Part shown: positions 48,990 through 61,800 of the stretch, piece by piece
How positions within the stretch are numbered: position 1 is the first letter of the stretch
Layout: the number at the start of each line of letters is the position of its first letter
From: Gnetum montanum
Lineage: Eukaryota > Plantae > Gnetophyta
Length of the DNA: 64,000 bases
Reading direction: 5' to 3'
NCBI GenBank assembly: GCA_015680685.1
Contig: MNCI01000527.1
Coordinates: forward strand, 62,001 to 126,000
Program-made: the position numbers and the translations under genes
Notes under the pieces: model-generated
Told to the model about the DNA's origin: nothing
Seen by the model: the letters and a program-made list of their open reading frames with translations, nothing else
Database searches by the model: none

Positions 48990-51900
48990 AAGTTGGACTT
49001 ATTGTATGTTGACCAACTGTTTCTTATTTAGGCTCTTAGGTTTGTAGATCAACATGGCATTAGAAAGAAAATTTTCATAAATGATATAAGGTCCTTCCCA
49101 CAATGTCTAAAACTTAGTTCATTGGGGTATGTATGTGGGGTTCCAGTAGAGGACCTTATCTCCTAGTTCAAATTTGACTTTCCTGATTCTAAGGTCATGG
49201 ATTTTTTGTTGAATGCCTTGTGCAACTCGTTAGATGATAGGGCCACCAATCAGTTTTTGTCTAGCAAGTTAAGGTCCATTAATTTTTCTCTTTGTGCTAG
49301 ACTCAAATCAAGGTCAAGGTCACAGGCTATTGAAAGTGTATGGAGCTCAGATTAAATCGAAAGTGTTGGTAATTTTCTATATACCAGCACATAGGGAGAA
49401 TAGCCTATAGAGAGTTTCCATGTTGAGTGGTAGGCCTAGAGGACATCATTGAGTTTTGTGCTCTAGTCTTTCCTATATTTGCTAATAGTTCTTGTTAGGA
49501 TCTTTGTGATTTCCCTATTTGTAACCTGAGCTTGACCATTGGCTTGAGGTGGTAGGGTGTTGTTAGTTTATGATCAACCTCCAAATATTGCATAAGCTTC
49601 TAAAAGGTAGTACCTGTAAGGTGGGTTCCATTATTAGAAATTAATGCACATGGCACACCAAACCTATTTATAACGTGCTATTGTACAAACTGAGTAGTAG
49701 TAGAAGATGTATAGCTAGTGATGGCTACTGGTTCTACCCATTTCATACAATAGTCAACAACAACTATGATGTACTTCTTTTCATTTGACATGGGTGTGAT
49801 GGGACCCATAAAATTAATGCCCTAAATGTTGAAGGGTTCTAATGGTTGAATCCACTGTTGATGTTCCTCCATTCAAGTAGTCATTCCACCATCTCATTGG
49901 TAGCATTCACAAGAGTGGATAAATTGGTGAGCATCCTTGAAAATTGTTAGCCAATAGTACCTTACCATCAGGATTTTAATGGCCATGCGTCTCCTAGCAT
50001 AATGGCCCCAACAAGGACTCTCATGAGCATCATAGAGAACACGTAGTTGATCAGCATCAAGGACACACCAACGAACTAGGCCACCGACGCACACCTTGTA
50101 GAGGTGTCCATTGATCTTCATGAAGCATTTTACCTAGTAGAAACTATTGTTTCTTTTGATGATCCAACCCTTATGGCATCTCTTGAGTGAGAAGATAGGT
50201 GAGAATGCCACTGTACCATTTAGGCTTAGTGGGAAATTATTTAGTTATAGCCTCAACAAAGAGGAGTTCATCAGGAAATAAATTAGATAGTGGGCTTTCT
50301 TTCTCTTTGTTGTTCCATCACAACCAAGATAAGTGGTCAGCGATCACATTCTCAGTTTTTTTTCCATCTACCATCATAAGATCAAATTCTTGTAAGATCA
50401 CTAGCCACAGTATAACACAAGGGCTTACCATTGGCTTGTTCATGAGGAAGAGAATGACATTGTAGTCTATGTGCACAAACACTTTGTAATCAAGCACATA
50501 ATGCCTAAAATTTACTAGAGCAAGCACCACTATGATTAATTCTTTTTTTGTGGTGGTGTAGTTCAATTGTGCACCCACAATGCTTCGGCTTATGTAGTTA
50601 ATGTAATATGGTGGTTTCTTATTGTCCAACTGTGTAAGCATAGGTCCCAAGGTGTAATTAGATGCATATGTCATAATATGATATGGTCTAAACTAGTGAA
50701 GTGCCTATAGAATTGAAGTTTCTACAAGTTTCTCCTTCAATTCTTAGAATGCTTTTTCACATTCCTTAGTCTAGACAAATGGAGTATCTTTCTTTGTTAG
50801 CTCAACCAATGATTTTGTGATCGTAGAGAAATTCTTTATGAATCATCCATAGTAGCTAGTGTGTCTAAGGAATGATCAGACATCTTTTATAGTTTTTGGT
50901 TGATGAGTAATTCTTTGGATGATCCTTATTTTTTTAGGGTTGATCTCAATTCCTTCTTATGAGATTCAGTGTTACAATACAATGCCTTGGATTATGAGAT
51001 GACTCTTTTGCTAATTGAGTTGCAGATTTGTTTTCACACATATTTTTAGTACTTGCTCAAGGAGGTCCAAGGCTTGCTCAAATGTAGTGCCATAAGTGGA
51101 GAATTCATCCTTAAATAATTTCACTCTACTACTGATCTACTACTAAAAGATGCTTAAGACCAGGCATTGGAATGTAGTAGAAGCATTACATAAATCAAAA
51201 AGCATCTTGTGATATGCAAAGGTTCCCCAGGGACTCGTGAATGTTGTTTTGAGCTGGTCCTCTAGCACAATCTGGATTTGGTTATAACCACTATAACCAT
51301 CTAGAAAACTATAATATTAATGCCCAAATATGATGTCTAACATCTAATCAACGAATGGTAATGGAAAATGGTCCTTGAATGTTGCCATATTCAATAGCCA
51401 AAAATTGATATAGACTTGCCACTTGCCACCTTTCTTTGGCCCAATCATGAGTGGACTAATCCATTCACTATTCACAATGGGATAGATAAACCCCACCTTT
51501 AGGAGTTGTCTAATTTCCTCCTTGATAATCTACTTCAATTTGTGGTTCAATCACCTCTTTGGCTACCTTTTGAGCTTCATGGCCTAGTCAGTGTAGATAT
51601 GATGTTAGCATATCCTAGGATCAATCTTTGTGAGTTCAAGGTAACCATTTTTCAACCATAGTCAACAACATCTATTTTTGTTCTGGAGCAAGATTTGCAT
51701 TGATTACTACTAGCTTTCCATTTTTTAAGAATGCATATTCCATGCTGGTAGGTATAGTTTTTAACTCAAGGTGTTGTTGCTTAAAATTTTCAAGAATTTC
51801 CAACTCTCTCCAATAGATATCATCATTTGCATTATTAAAGATTTGGTGATGAACTTGCCCTAGTTCATCCATGCCTATGACATAAGTGCATGTTAAGCTC

Positions 51901-54600
51901 TCAGTAGGTTCCATGCATAGTGTGTTGCTTTTAGAATCAGCAGTCAGTCACTAGGTGCCCTTTTATTTTATGATTGCTGTGTATAGACACCTTTCAATAT
52001 TTGCTTTAGGTGCACATTACTTGCATGTGGAAATAGATGCTCATTTCATGGACTAGAGTTTTTACACATAATTGCACCTTGTATCGCTGTACATGATGCA
52101 TGGAACTTGCTTCTTCTTAATCTTTCTAAATGAATTTTCCTTAGATATTTCTAGGGAAAGATCTTTGATGCCCATTTTTGCATCAACAATGCTTAGCCAT
52201 GTCCTTCTCATGATTATTGAAAAATCCCCTTTATAGTTCTCAATATTGATTACTAGGAAATCAATAGTACCACTTATAGACAATGGTTATAATGTCTTCC
52301 ACTAGTCCCAATGAAATAGTAATGGACTAGCTTGTCAATTCTAATAGAATATTGTTCTTCTTGAGGGGCAGCACGTTCCAAGTAGTATACATCTCATGAG
52401 AAATCAAATTCACACCAGAACTTGAATCAAGAAGAGCTTTACATTGTTCATTCCTAGAAATATACAAATAAATAAGAGGACTCCCAAGATTGGCTAATTT
52501 TCCTGGAAAGGTTGCTAGCCCAGATCCAATTAGATATGGCATGAGTAAGCATAATAGTATGGATTTTGGATGGTATTTCGTTTGAAGGAACTTGAAGGAA
52601 TTAGATATATATAGAGAGAGAGAAGTAGGTTGCTAACTGTATGTGTATGTGAGGGCTTAGGTGGACTATTGGATAAGAAAAAATGATTTTTTATGATATA
52701 TTATCTAGACCATCTAGTTGATAAACCAGTTGTAGATTAATGACCTTGGTAGCATTGCATTATTGCAGTTGGACTAGAAGTTCACCCTGCATAAATAGAG
52801 TAGGTGGTAGCTATGTTGAGGATGGAAGAACAGATGTAGGAATAGGAGAAGGATAAGGATGAAAAGTGGCATCCCTCCTTGAATGAGGAGAATGAGTTTA
52901 ATAATATTTGAGAGGGTAATAGTGAGGTTGGAAAGTAGAAACGTGGCTGGAAGAGTCACATGAAGATAAGGGTTACTGCACATAATACCCATATGGATTA
53001 GGCTGTCTATAAGGATATTTTTGCCTTAGTAGTGGTAGCACCCATGACTATGATTGCTTCCACTGTTGATACTACTCATATGGTTACAATGGAGTTCGAC
53101 TTGGATAATACTATTGTTGTTGATGGAACTACTTGGCATTACCTTGAGGATTAGGCAATCTTTTGGGTGTTTTCCTTCTTGCTAGTCATGGATTCAAAGT
53201 ATACATCCCAGACTTTTGTAAGTATAAAATGATAGGGGTAACATCCTTTAGGATGTTCATGTTGGCAAATGTCACATCCACCATCATCATGTGATTCAAT
53301 TTTCGCAACTTCCTCTATTGCAACAATCTTGCCCTTACCCTATTGATTGGCATGTTTAGCTTTCTTTTGCCTATTGCAATCACGATCATTACCTTGTTCT
53401 TTAGACTCTTCAGCAATTTTTAGGATAGCTTGAAATTGGCTATCCATAAAGTCCCATAACTAATCTACCTTAGCCAAAATTTTAGAGGTGCATTTTTGAA
53501 TCGGCAAGGTCTTATGGTTCGCCATCTTATCAAGTGATGATTCCTCCTCACTATCACAAAATTGAACCTCCTTCTTGTAAATGGAAGGATTATGGTCATA
53601 TTCTTCTATACTTTCACATTTCCTTAACTCTTCTTATTTTTTTGCTATCTACTCAATCAACTATTGAATCTGATGAGTTCTTACTTTTGACAATCACCCT
53701 TGGGCATAGATGCTAGAAATTCTTCTTGTTTCTAGTGGGAGCCCATCTACAATGTGGCAAAGTTGCTCTAGTTGAGAATAACCATGGCTAGGACATTTGT
53801 GCAACAAGGAATAGTATTAGTTCATGGTGGCATCCAAGGGTTTAGGTGTCCCTTGTTTTCATCCTTATATTTACCTTTTCAAATTGGACACCTAGACGTA
53901 CATATGATATTTGCCATTGAACAATTTGACCATCGTACTCTATCATCTGATGGATTCCAATTCTATGGACCACTACCAACTTTTTGCTTCTTTAATGAGT
54001 ATCTTAGAAAATAACTTAAGCTTTTGCTAGTCATTTTTTATATTTTGCAAAGCACAGGCATCGTGGAAAGATTGAAGATGATTATGCAGATCTAAGTTAT
54101 ATCCCCCTTTGAACCTAGGGATATTGTTCATGTATAGCCTCTTGATTTGACTATCCTTAATATGCCTTGTAGGAATCTTCACTGCTTCTACAATGTTTAG
54201 CATACTCCATGTAGTAAGAAAAGGCTTATCGAGGCCATGATTCTAGTGCCCATGATGCCCTCTGCTACCCCTTTGTTCATGGTGATGGGTCTCTCTCATA
54301 TGCCTACACCTTAGATCTTGACTTGGTTAGTGATCACTATGATCCTCACGGTCCTGTTAGTCACCTCCATCATGATTGCATCCCCTACAATTGCATTTCG
54401 ATTTAGAAGAGGAAGATGACAAAAAAGGTGAAGAGAAGGAGAACTAGCATCCCCACAGTGCCTACCACCCCCTCTTTGGCAGTCATAGCCACAATCTTGT
54501 TGCTTGTCTACATCCTTGCCATGACTCTCCTTCTTCGATCCCCCTTTTTCATTGGATTCATTCTTGTTAGAACTAGGATTGTGGATCATGGATTGTAGGT
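48990..54600 (-). pseudogene. gag-pol remnants
   Basis: Protease KALLDSSSGVNLI (52327-52542); RT remnants at about 50950-51600; RNase H (50318-50674); integrase HHCC region (49894-50121). Confidence 0.9.
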
Positions 54601-55213
54601 TTTGGTTTTAACCTCTTTCACCAAAGTTAAAGAGAGGAGTTTTGTTGAATGGAAAACCCCTAGAAAAGGGTTATCGACCATCATTTTATTATGGTAGGTA
54701 TGGAAAATCATTGAACCACTTCCCCTTCATAGATTCATAGCACTATTCTAGCTGTTGATTCCTTAGATGTTGTGCCTTAGTGGGATGATAATCGCCGGCA
54801 TCACTATCCTGCACAATGTACTCAACATGAAGTCCTTGGAGGCCCAATTGCATAAGAGTTTGTTGGATCATCATAGGAATGGATCAATTGGGTGGCAATA
54901 CGATGTTGTTGTCAATGTCTCGCCACTATAGTAGTTCATCCTGGTGTAGGACAAAGGTGAAATTGGGTAGATATTCATTAGGATGATCTTATATCACTTG
55001 GTATTGTTGGGGCACTTACTAACTTACTTTGTTAGACTTGGGTAGAGAATCACTCCTGTGAGAAGAAGACATCTTGTGTTAGAGGACAAAAAATGTAGTC
55101 TGCTTTTTAAAATTGTTGTAGTTATTTTAATGTATGATAGGACTTTAGAGTTCATTTTAATGATCTTGAATAAATTTTTAGTAAGTCCTAGATAGTGCAT
55201 GTAACAACTAAAT

Positions 55214-55233
55214 ATCCCTAGCAATGGTGCCAA
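55214..55233 (-). promoter_or_regulatory. Primer binding site (tRNA-Asp)
   Basis: Minus strand TTGGCACCATTGCTAGGGAT is a transition-decayed TGGCGCCGTTGCCGGGGAT, adjacent to the LTR end. Confidence 0.8.
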
Positions 55234-56049
55234 TGATGAGTAGTGAAGTACCCCTATGCCCAACCATACGAATCACAAGCATTCACGCATGATCCAATCG
55301 AATTCTACAAATCTTAAGTTCTTAAGTACACTGTTTCTAAGACGTGAAATCTAATTGTGAAAATCATTCTCTTCTCAACTACACTTTTGGAGCTTAATTA
55401 TATGGTTAAGTGTAATTAAGGCATATGATTTTTAGTATTTTATATTTTATTTGTCTACAATTAATAATAAGTTGAAACTTAATTTATTAACCAATTTAAC
55501 TAATCTAGTTGCTAATTAATAACACGTATAACACTATTGGGTTACCAAATAATAAGTGTTGCTGGGATTACTAAGAGTCATATGCATGCTTGAAGCGGTC
55601 ATACTTATGTACTTAATTAACTACTATTTAATCTATCTACCTCACTTTAGCTTAATTATTTGATAGTATTAAATAAAATTGCACAAAACATTAAATGCAT
55701 GAATAAAATATTTGAGCTAGCCAAGGTGCTGAAAGGTTTGATTAGAAAGCTCATCTTTATTGTCATGCACATTACTATGCTTAGGTACAATAGTGCTCAA
55801 ATAAAGATCTGTACACTCAATGATTTTTGTTGTGGGAACTTTGAAAACTATTTTAACTCTAGAGAAAAGAAACTACAAGAGCTCTGTTATGCTATGAAAA
55901 GAACTATATAGAAATTGTATGTCCAAGTGCTATACTTATAGGCCAGCGCATACCATGGGATATCAGATATATGACATCACATCTTGGGGATATCACGTAC
56001 TTGATATTAAGACTTCAATATCGGAGTTAGGAAAAAATGTGATTCATTA
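55234..56049 (-). repeat. 5' LTR
   Basis: Similar to 46234-47103, with an internal deletion of about 50 bp near 55525. Confidence 0.88.
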
Positions 56050-56599
56050 GTTTTCATGTTTGATAAATCGAATTCAACTAATCTAATGGGTGTAGCTTTA
56101 GCCTCATGTTACCTGTGATTTATTGCAAGAGGCTTAAGATTTATGGTTATCTGTTGCAAGAGCACCAGCTTTTTCTTACATGTATTTCATATAGGTACAA
56201 TAGGTTATATAAGAACTAGAAATTAAGGTTATTACTGATATGAAAAAATAGCCAAGATAAAAATTACCACTTGAGGTAAAAAAATCTCTTGGGATACCAT
56301 CACTTGTGTTGTAAACTTAATATTTAATTGGAAAAGTTATGAATAGTCATTAGATGAAGGTTAAGTATGATAACTTGGAAATGTAATAAGGACATTAGGA
56401 ATCATAAAATTTTTCAGTTTTAATGTTAAGTAGAGTATGTGATTTTCATTTATGCTTTAATGTTAGATCTTCTTTTAAACATTGTGTTACATTAGATTTG
56501 AACATTTATCTTAATGTAACTTAAACCATAGCATTACCTCTCATTGACACTAGAAGTCACAATGGTCATTCGAAAGATGAAAACTTATGGTAATTTTGG

Positions 56600-58418
56600 C
56601 CTACTAGAAGGCATGAAACATTTCAAAAGTTGGGTTTAGATGAAGTACGAGAGGCTACAAGTAGGTTTGAAACTCTAAGCATTTATTTCCTACTGAAATG
56701 TTTGAACATCTTTTGGATGACCCTTTTCCTTCCAAAGGGTGCTAGTCTTCACTTCCTTGTAGTTTACCTATATCTTACTTCCAGATGATCCTCTACCTTC
56801 TGAAAGCCACAAACTCCAAGTAATTATTCCCTACTAGAAGGTTTGAATACTTTCTAGATGATCTTCTACCTTCTAGATGATCCTTTGCCTTCTAGTAGCC
56901 TCAAGCTCCAACAATTGTTCTCTTTTAGAAGGTTTAAATACCTACCAGTTAGGACTACGGGAGGGTGCTAGTGGCATTGTCTCATAGTTTACCTAGAATT
57001 TACTACCAAATGACCTTCTACCCTCTGGAAGCCATAAGCTTTAAGTGATTATTTCCTATTAGAAGGTTTGAATGCCTTTTAGAATGGATTGTAGGAGGGT
57101 TCTAGTCACACTTCCTCATAGTTTACCTAGATCTTGATCCCAAATAACCCTCTACTTTCTAGAAGCTTCAAACTCCAAGAAATTATTAAGTATTGGAAGG
57201 TTTGAGTGCCTTTTGATAGGAACTGCAGGAGGATGTTAGTCATACTTGCTCATAGTTTACCTAGACCTTATTGATGGATGATCCTCTACCTTCTAGAAGC
57301 TTCAAACTCTAAGAAATTATTAAGTATTAGAAGGTTTGAGTGCCTTCTGGTAGGAACTATAGGAGGATGTTAGTCATACTTCCTCATAGTTTACCTAGAA
57401 CTTATTGATGGATGATCCTCTACCTTCTAGAAGCCATAATCTCCAAGCAATTATTCCTTACCAAAAGGCCTAAATACATTTCGGATGATCTTCTGCTTCC
57501 CAGATAATCCTTTGCCTTTCGGTAGCTTCAAACTCAAAGCAATTATTTTCTTCCAAAAGATTTGAATGCCTTTTGGTTAGGACTATAGGAGGTTGCTAGT
57601 TGCAGTGCCTTGCACTTTACCTAGACTTTGCTACCAGATGATCTTTTGTCTTCTAGAAGCCACAAACCTGGAGCACTTATTCCCTATCAAAAGGTTTGAA
57701 TGTCTTTCAGAAAGAATTATGGGAGGATGCTAGTCGGAGTTCCTTGTAGTTTATGTAGACCTTACTACTAGATGACCCTCTACCTTTTAGAAGCTTTAAA
57801 ATATAAGCAATTATTAACTACTAGAAGGCCTAACTACTTTTCGGTAGGAATTGTTGAAGGATGCTGGTCATACTTGTAGTTTACCTAGACCTTGCAACTA
57901 GATGATCCTCTGCCCTTCAGAAGCTATAATTAGCATGCAATTATTCTCTATTAGAAGGTTTCAATGCCTTTTGGATGATCCTTTACCTTCTGGTTACCTT
58001 AAACTCCAAGTGATTGGCCCCTTCTAGAACATTTGAATGCCTTCCAGTTGGGACTATGGGAGGGTGGTAGTTGTAGTGCCTTGTAGTTTACCTATACTTT
58101 GCTACCAGATGAAATTCTACCTTCCAAAAGCCACAAACTTGGAGCAATTATTCCCTACTAGAAGGTTTGAATGTCTTCTGGGAGGGACTCTGAAAGGATG
58201 TTAGTTGCACTTCCTCACAGTTTACCTAAACCTTGCTACCAAATGATCCTTTTCCTTCAAGAAGCCATAAACTCTAAGTAATTATTAACTACTAGAAGGT
58301 CTAAATGCATTTCAGATGATCTTCAACCTTCCAGATGATGCTCTTCCTTTTGATAGCCTTAAACTCCAAGCAATTGCTCCCTTCTAGAAGGTTTGAGTAC
58401 TTTATGGTAGGGACTATG
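56600..58418. repeat. Diverged tandem array, main unit about 134 bp with shorter interspersed subunits
   Basis: Recurrent GAAGGTTTGA(A/G)TGCCTT...TAGTTTACCTAGA...GATGATCCTCTACCTTCTAGAAGC (e.g. 57197 and 57330). Confidence 0.9.
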
Positions 58419-58774
58419 TGAAACACCCCAAAAAATTTGCATGTTGTAATCATTTTTCATCATCTAGCTTTCACCCCATGAAATTCGAGGCAAAAATTCA
58501 TTGTAAATGTGAAGGTTGCAACCCATGAGGAGTAATCTCATGTATTTCATACTTTTGGATTTGAAAAATGCCTCATAAGTGATCAAAGCCTCATCCCCCA
58601 GGTGGAAAAAATCATGTACTATCTATATTTGGGCTTGGAGTAGGGTGGGGGAAGTCAAAAATGCTCTTTGGAATGCCAAAAATGGTAATTTGACAAGTTT
58701 TATGATGGTATATACATTTCTATGCTGGAAACACCTGTAGAAGGGGAGGGGGTAGATCTCACCTATTTTAAGTG

Positions 58775-58805
<31 letters not shown>

Positions 58806-61800
58806 NGTGGTGTGGATCACCTACTCCCAGCATGGAAGGGAAAAATTGAGCATGGAAGGATGTGGTGGCATCTATGCTTAGCATGGAAACTTCATCCCTA
58901 GCATGGAGACTACATGCCCCCAACGTAGAAGCCACATGCACCAGATTCAACATTCCATGGACTTCAACATGGACCATGCACTCTAGCGAGGATGATAGAA
59001 GGCCTAGCATAGAAGATTTGCCTCCAATGTAGATGTCCACAGGGGTTTGGCACTTTCCATACATAGTAACCCCCCAAATTGGGCATCCATCTCATTTGTA
59101 TGTGATAGAAATTTGTAACAATTTGCAGCCAATATGTCAGCCAAATTATAACCATTTTTCAACCTAATCCACAACCAAAAACCTATAAAAATCAACCTTA
59201 AACACCATTATCAAGTTCCACACTCTGGCATTTTTGAGCATTTGGCAATTATAGCATCTAAGAGCTTTTGAACACTAGCGAAAGTGTAGCTCCTTAGACC
59301 CTCCTTAGTGTGGAACCATTGTAGCCTTGTGATCCCTCATTACCCCCCTTGAGATTTATGAGTTTTTGGGTTTCTATGGTGAACCCATGGGATCTCCAAC
59401 TCCCAGCGTAGAGCACTCTAGCAACCCAAATCCTACACTTTTCTCATTCCTAGTAGTAGCCAACATTGTAGATTTGGAACAGTAGTAGAGGAGGTTCAAT
59501 AGCATTGAGAGTGGATGAGCATCTAGATCTTGAAGTGAATTATATTAGCTTTAATGGACTCTGAACACCTATCCAAGTGAATCCCATTTGCTCTTCCATG
59601 GGAAATTATTGTACACATCTCCCAAATTCATTCTTTATTTTTAATAAAGTCTTAAGATTTTGGTTTTATGTGCAACTTGCATTTTCTTTCTAGTTTTTTG
59701 ATTTACATTTCATAAGTCCTTGGGTAATCTACTAGACTATCTAGGGCATCCTGAATTCCATTTTTTGAAGGCTCTAGGGATTCAAGGTTATAACTATTAC
59801 ATTTAGATTTTTGGTTTTTTAGCAGTTAAATTTTTTAGTTGCTATAGTTTTCTGGTGCGAGAAGGAGGCCATCCACTCAATTTCTTTGTCAAAATCTGCT
59901 TTCTCATAGCCAACATTGATCTTGAAGTTGTAATCTCCATTTTGTAGCCAAAACCTTTAAATCTGGGTTATAATCAACATTGTAGTCTATTCCCCTATGC
60001 TCCCAAAACCTAGAATGGGAGTGGTAGGTGTTTGGATTTTGAAATTTTTACAGTAGTTACTGTGAAATTCCAAAGCTAGCATTGATCTTGTGGTGCATTT
60101 TCTTCCTCCCCTTGGCTACCAAAATTCTTTTAGTTTTCAATGTTGGTGGTTTCAACCCTTCTGGAAGCCACCAGGCTTCTGGAAGTTAACCAAACTTCCA
60201 TCCCCCTTCCTAGCTTAGAAAATTAGCAACTTGCCAAAACAATTTTCTAGTGGAAAACACCAAATTTTGACTTTGGTTTCCAATGTTCCTATACCAAAAT
60301 TGGCAAGGAAGATGTGAGATATTACTAATTTCACCCCTCTTCCTTTCCCCTTATTGCATCTAGCATAGTTGCAACTAGGTAGCCCATTGTGGGTGAAGTC
60401 TGGAACCATATTTCTAGCTTTTCATTTTTAGTAAGGAAGTGTACCTCCCTTAATTCCCACTTACTATTTATAGTAAGTAGCCTATTTCTAGTCATTTTTG
60501 GTTCTTTTAGTCATTTTAAAATTCCACTTACTAGAATTACTCCTTTTTCCCATCTTTTATAACTTGTCCCAAGCCTTTTTTAGCATCATAGGCGTGTCTT
60601 TTCAGTAGTTGACCAAGTTCCCATTCATCTACACTAACAATGGATCCAACCAGTAGGCCATGAGGGTATAAAATCGTAAGGACCTAGCCATCATTGAATT
60701 CTGACAGTCTTTGAGATTGAGGAAAAAGAATCCTAAATTCTCAATCATAAATGAAAAACACTACAACTTCATTTATGCGAAGATCTAGGTTGACATGTTG
60801 ATTCCGCGAATGGAAGTAGAAGCCAAGAGGGAATTTGAAGTTATCCATTACAATGGTAAGAGGAGCATATTGCCTCCCCTTATGTTCAAATACCCCTTAT
60901 TGACATCTACGTTAGCATCTTAGCCTACCTAATAGAGATGGATGAAGAGGATAAAAAGGCTACCTTGAATGGGTAGCCAGAGAAGAAGGAGGATGACTTT
61001 AGGATTATATCTGAGTTTGAAAATGTCTTGGGTGCACCTTTACAACAAAGCACCCCTAACAAAATTAGTTTGATCTCCACCTCCTTTGTCTCTTTCATAG
61101 AGCATGTTCCACCACCTTCATCCCTACCCTACATGACCATGTTTGATCCCACATCAGGTATCACTATGTATCAAACACAATCTGTGCCGCAACCCACCAC
61201 ATTTCATTTCTCCATGTCATTTGCCCCATAGCCTTGATCTGTGCAGCCATCAATGATGGTTTTCACCACCACAAATCCATTGACCAACCAAGTGGGATCC
61301 ACCATGGGAATTCAAACAACCTAGGGGTCACATACCCCCTTTGTTCCATTTGTGTCATAGATACTACCACAAACATCTTTCTCCTTGTTTGGTTCGTTGA
61401 TTACAATTATAATGCAACCTCTCCCCTTTGTGCAAAAATTGATAGCAAGGGCACATGCCTCCCAAAAAATGCCACCCCCATTTGTGCAAACCTTGCAGCT
61501 GATAGAGGCACCATAAGGCCTTTCAAATGATCTAGGACCTAACAGAGAAGTTTAAGAGGCTTAAAGCCTCTACATCTCAAAGCATTAAGATTATGAACTT
61601 TTACTAGGATGATCCCATTAGTTCTATGGTCCTAACCTTCATGATTCCTCTTGGTGTTCCCATCCTTGAATTTAATAAGTACAATGGAGAATGTGATCCC
61701 AATACCCACCTTATTTGTTTTTGCTCTGAGTGCTTATTGTTGCAACCATGGCCACACATCATAATGAGGATCTTCCCTATGTATTTGACAAGGAAAGTGT

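Larger units (their letters stand above)
46234..56049 (-). mobile_element. Athila-type Ty3/gypsy LTR retrotransposon, full structure, decayed
   Basis: LTRs at 46234-47103 and 55234-56049; PBS at 55214-55233; PPT at 47104-47118; imperfect TSD TTTTT/GTTTT; gag-PR-RT-RH-IN remnants. Confidence 0.9.

Noticed and set aside
58777-58807. Poly-G run (poly-Pro ORFs, G-quadruplex candidate)
   Set aside because: Abuts an n at 58806, so its length is unreliable and may be a sequencing or scaffolding artefact.
60340-60395. Candidate LTR end and PBS of the last element (TAGCATAGTTG or GCCCATTGTGGG)
   Set aside because: Two weak, competing tRNA matches and no second LTR in the window to fix the boundary.
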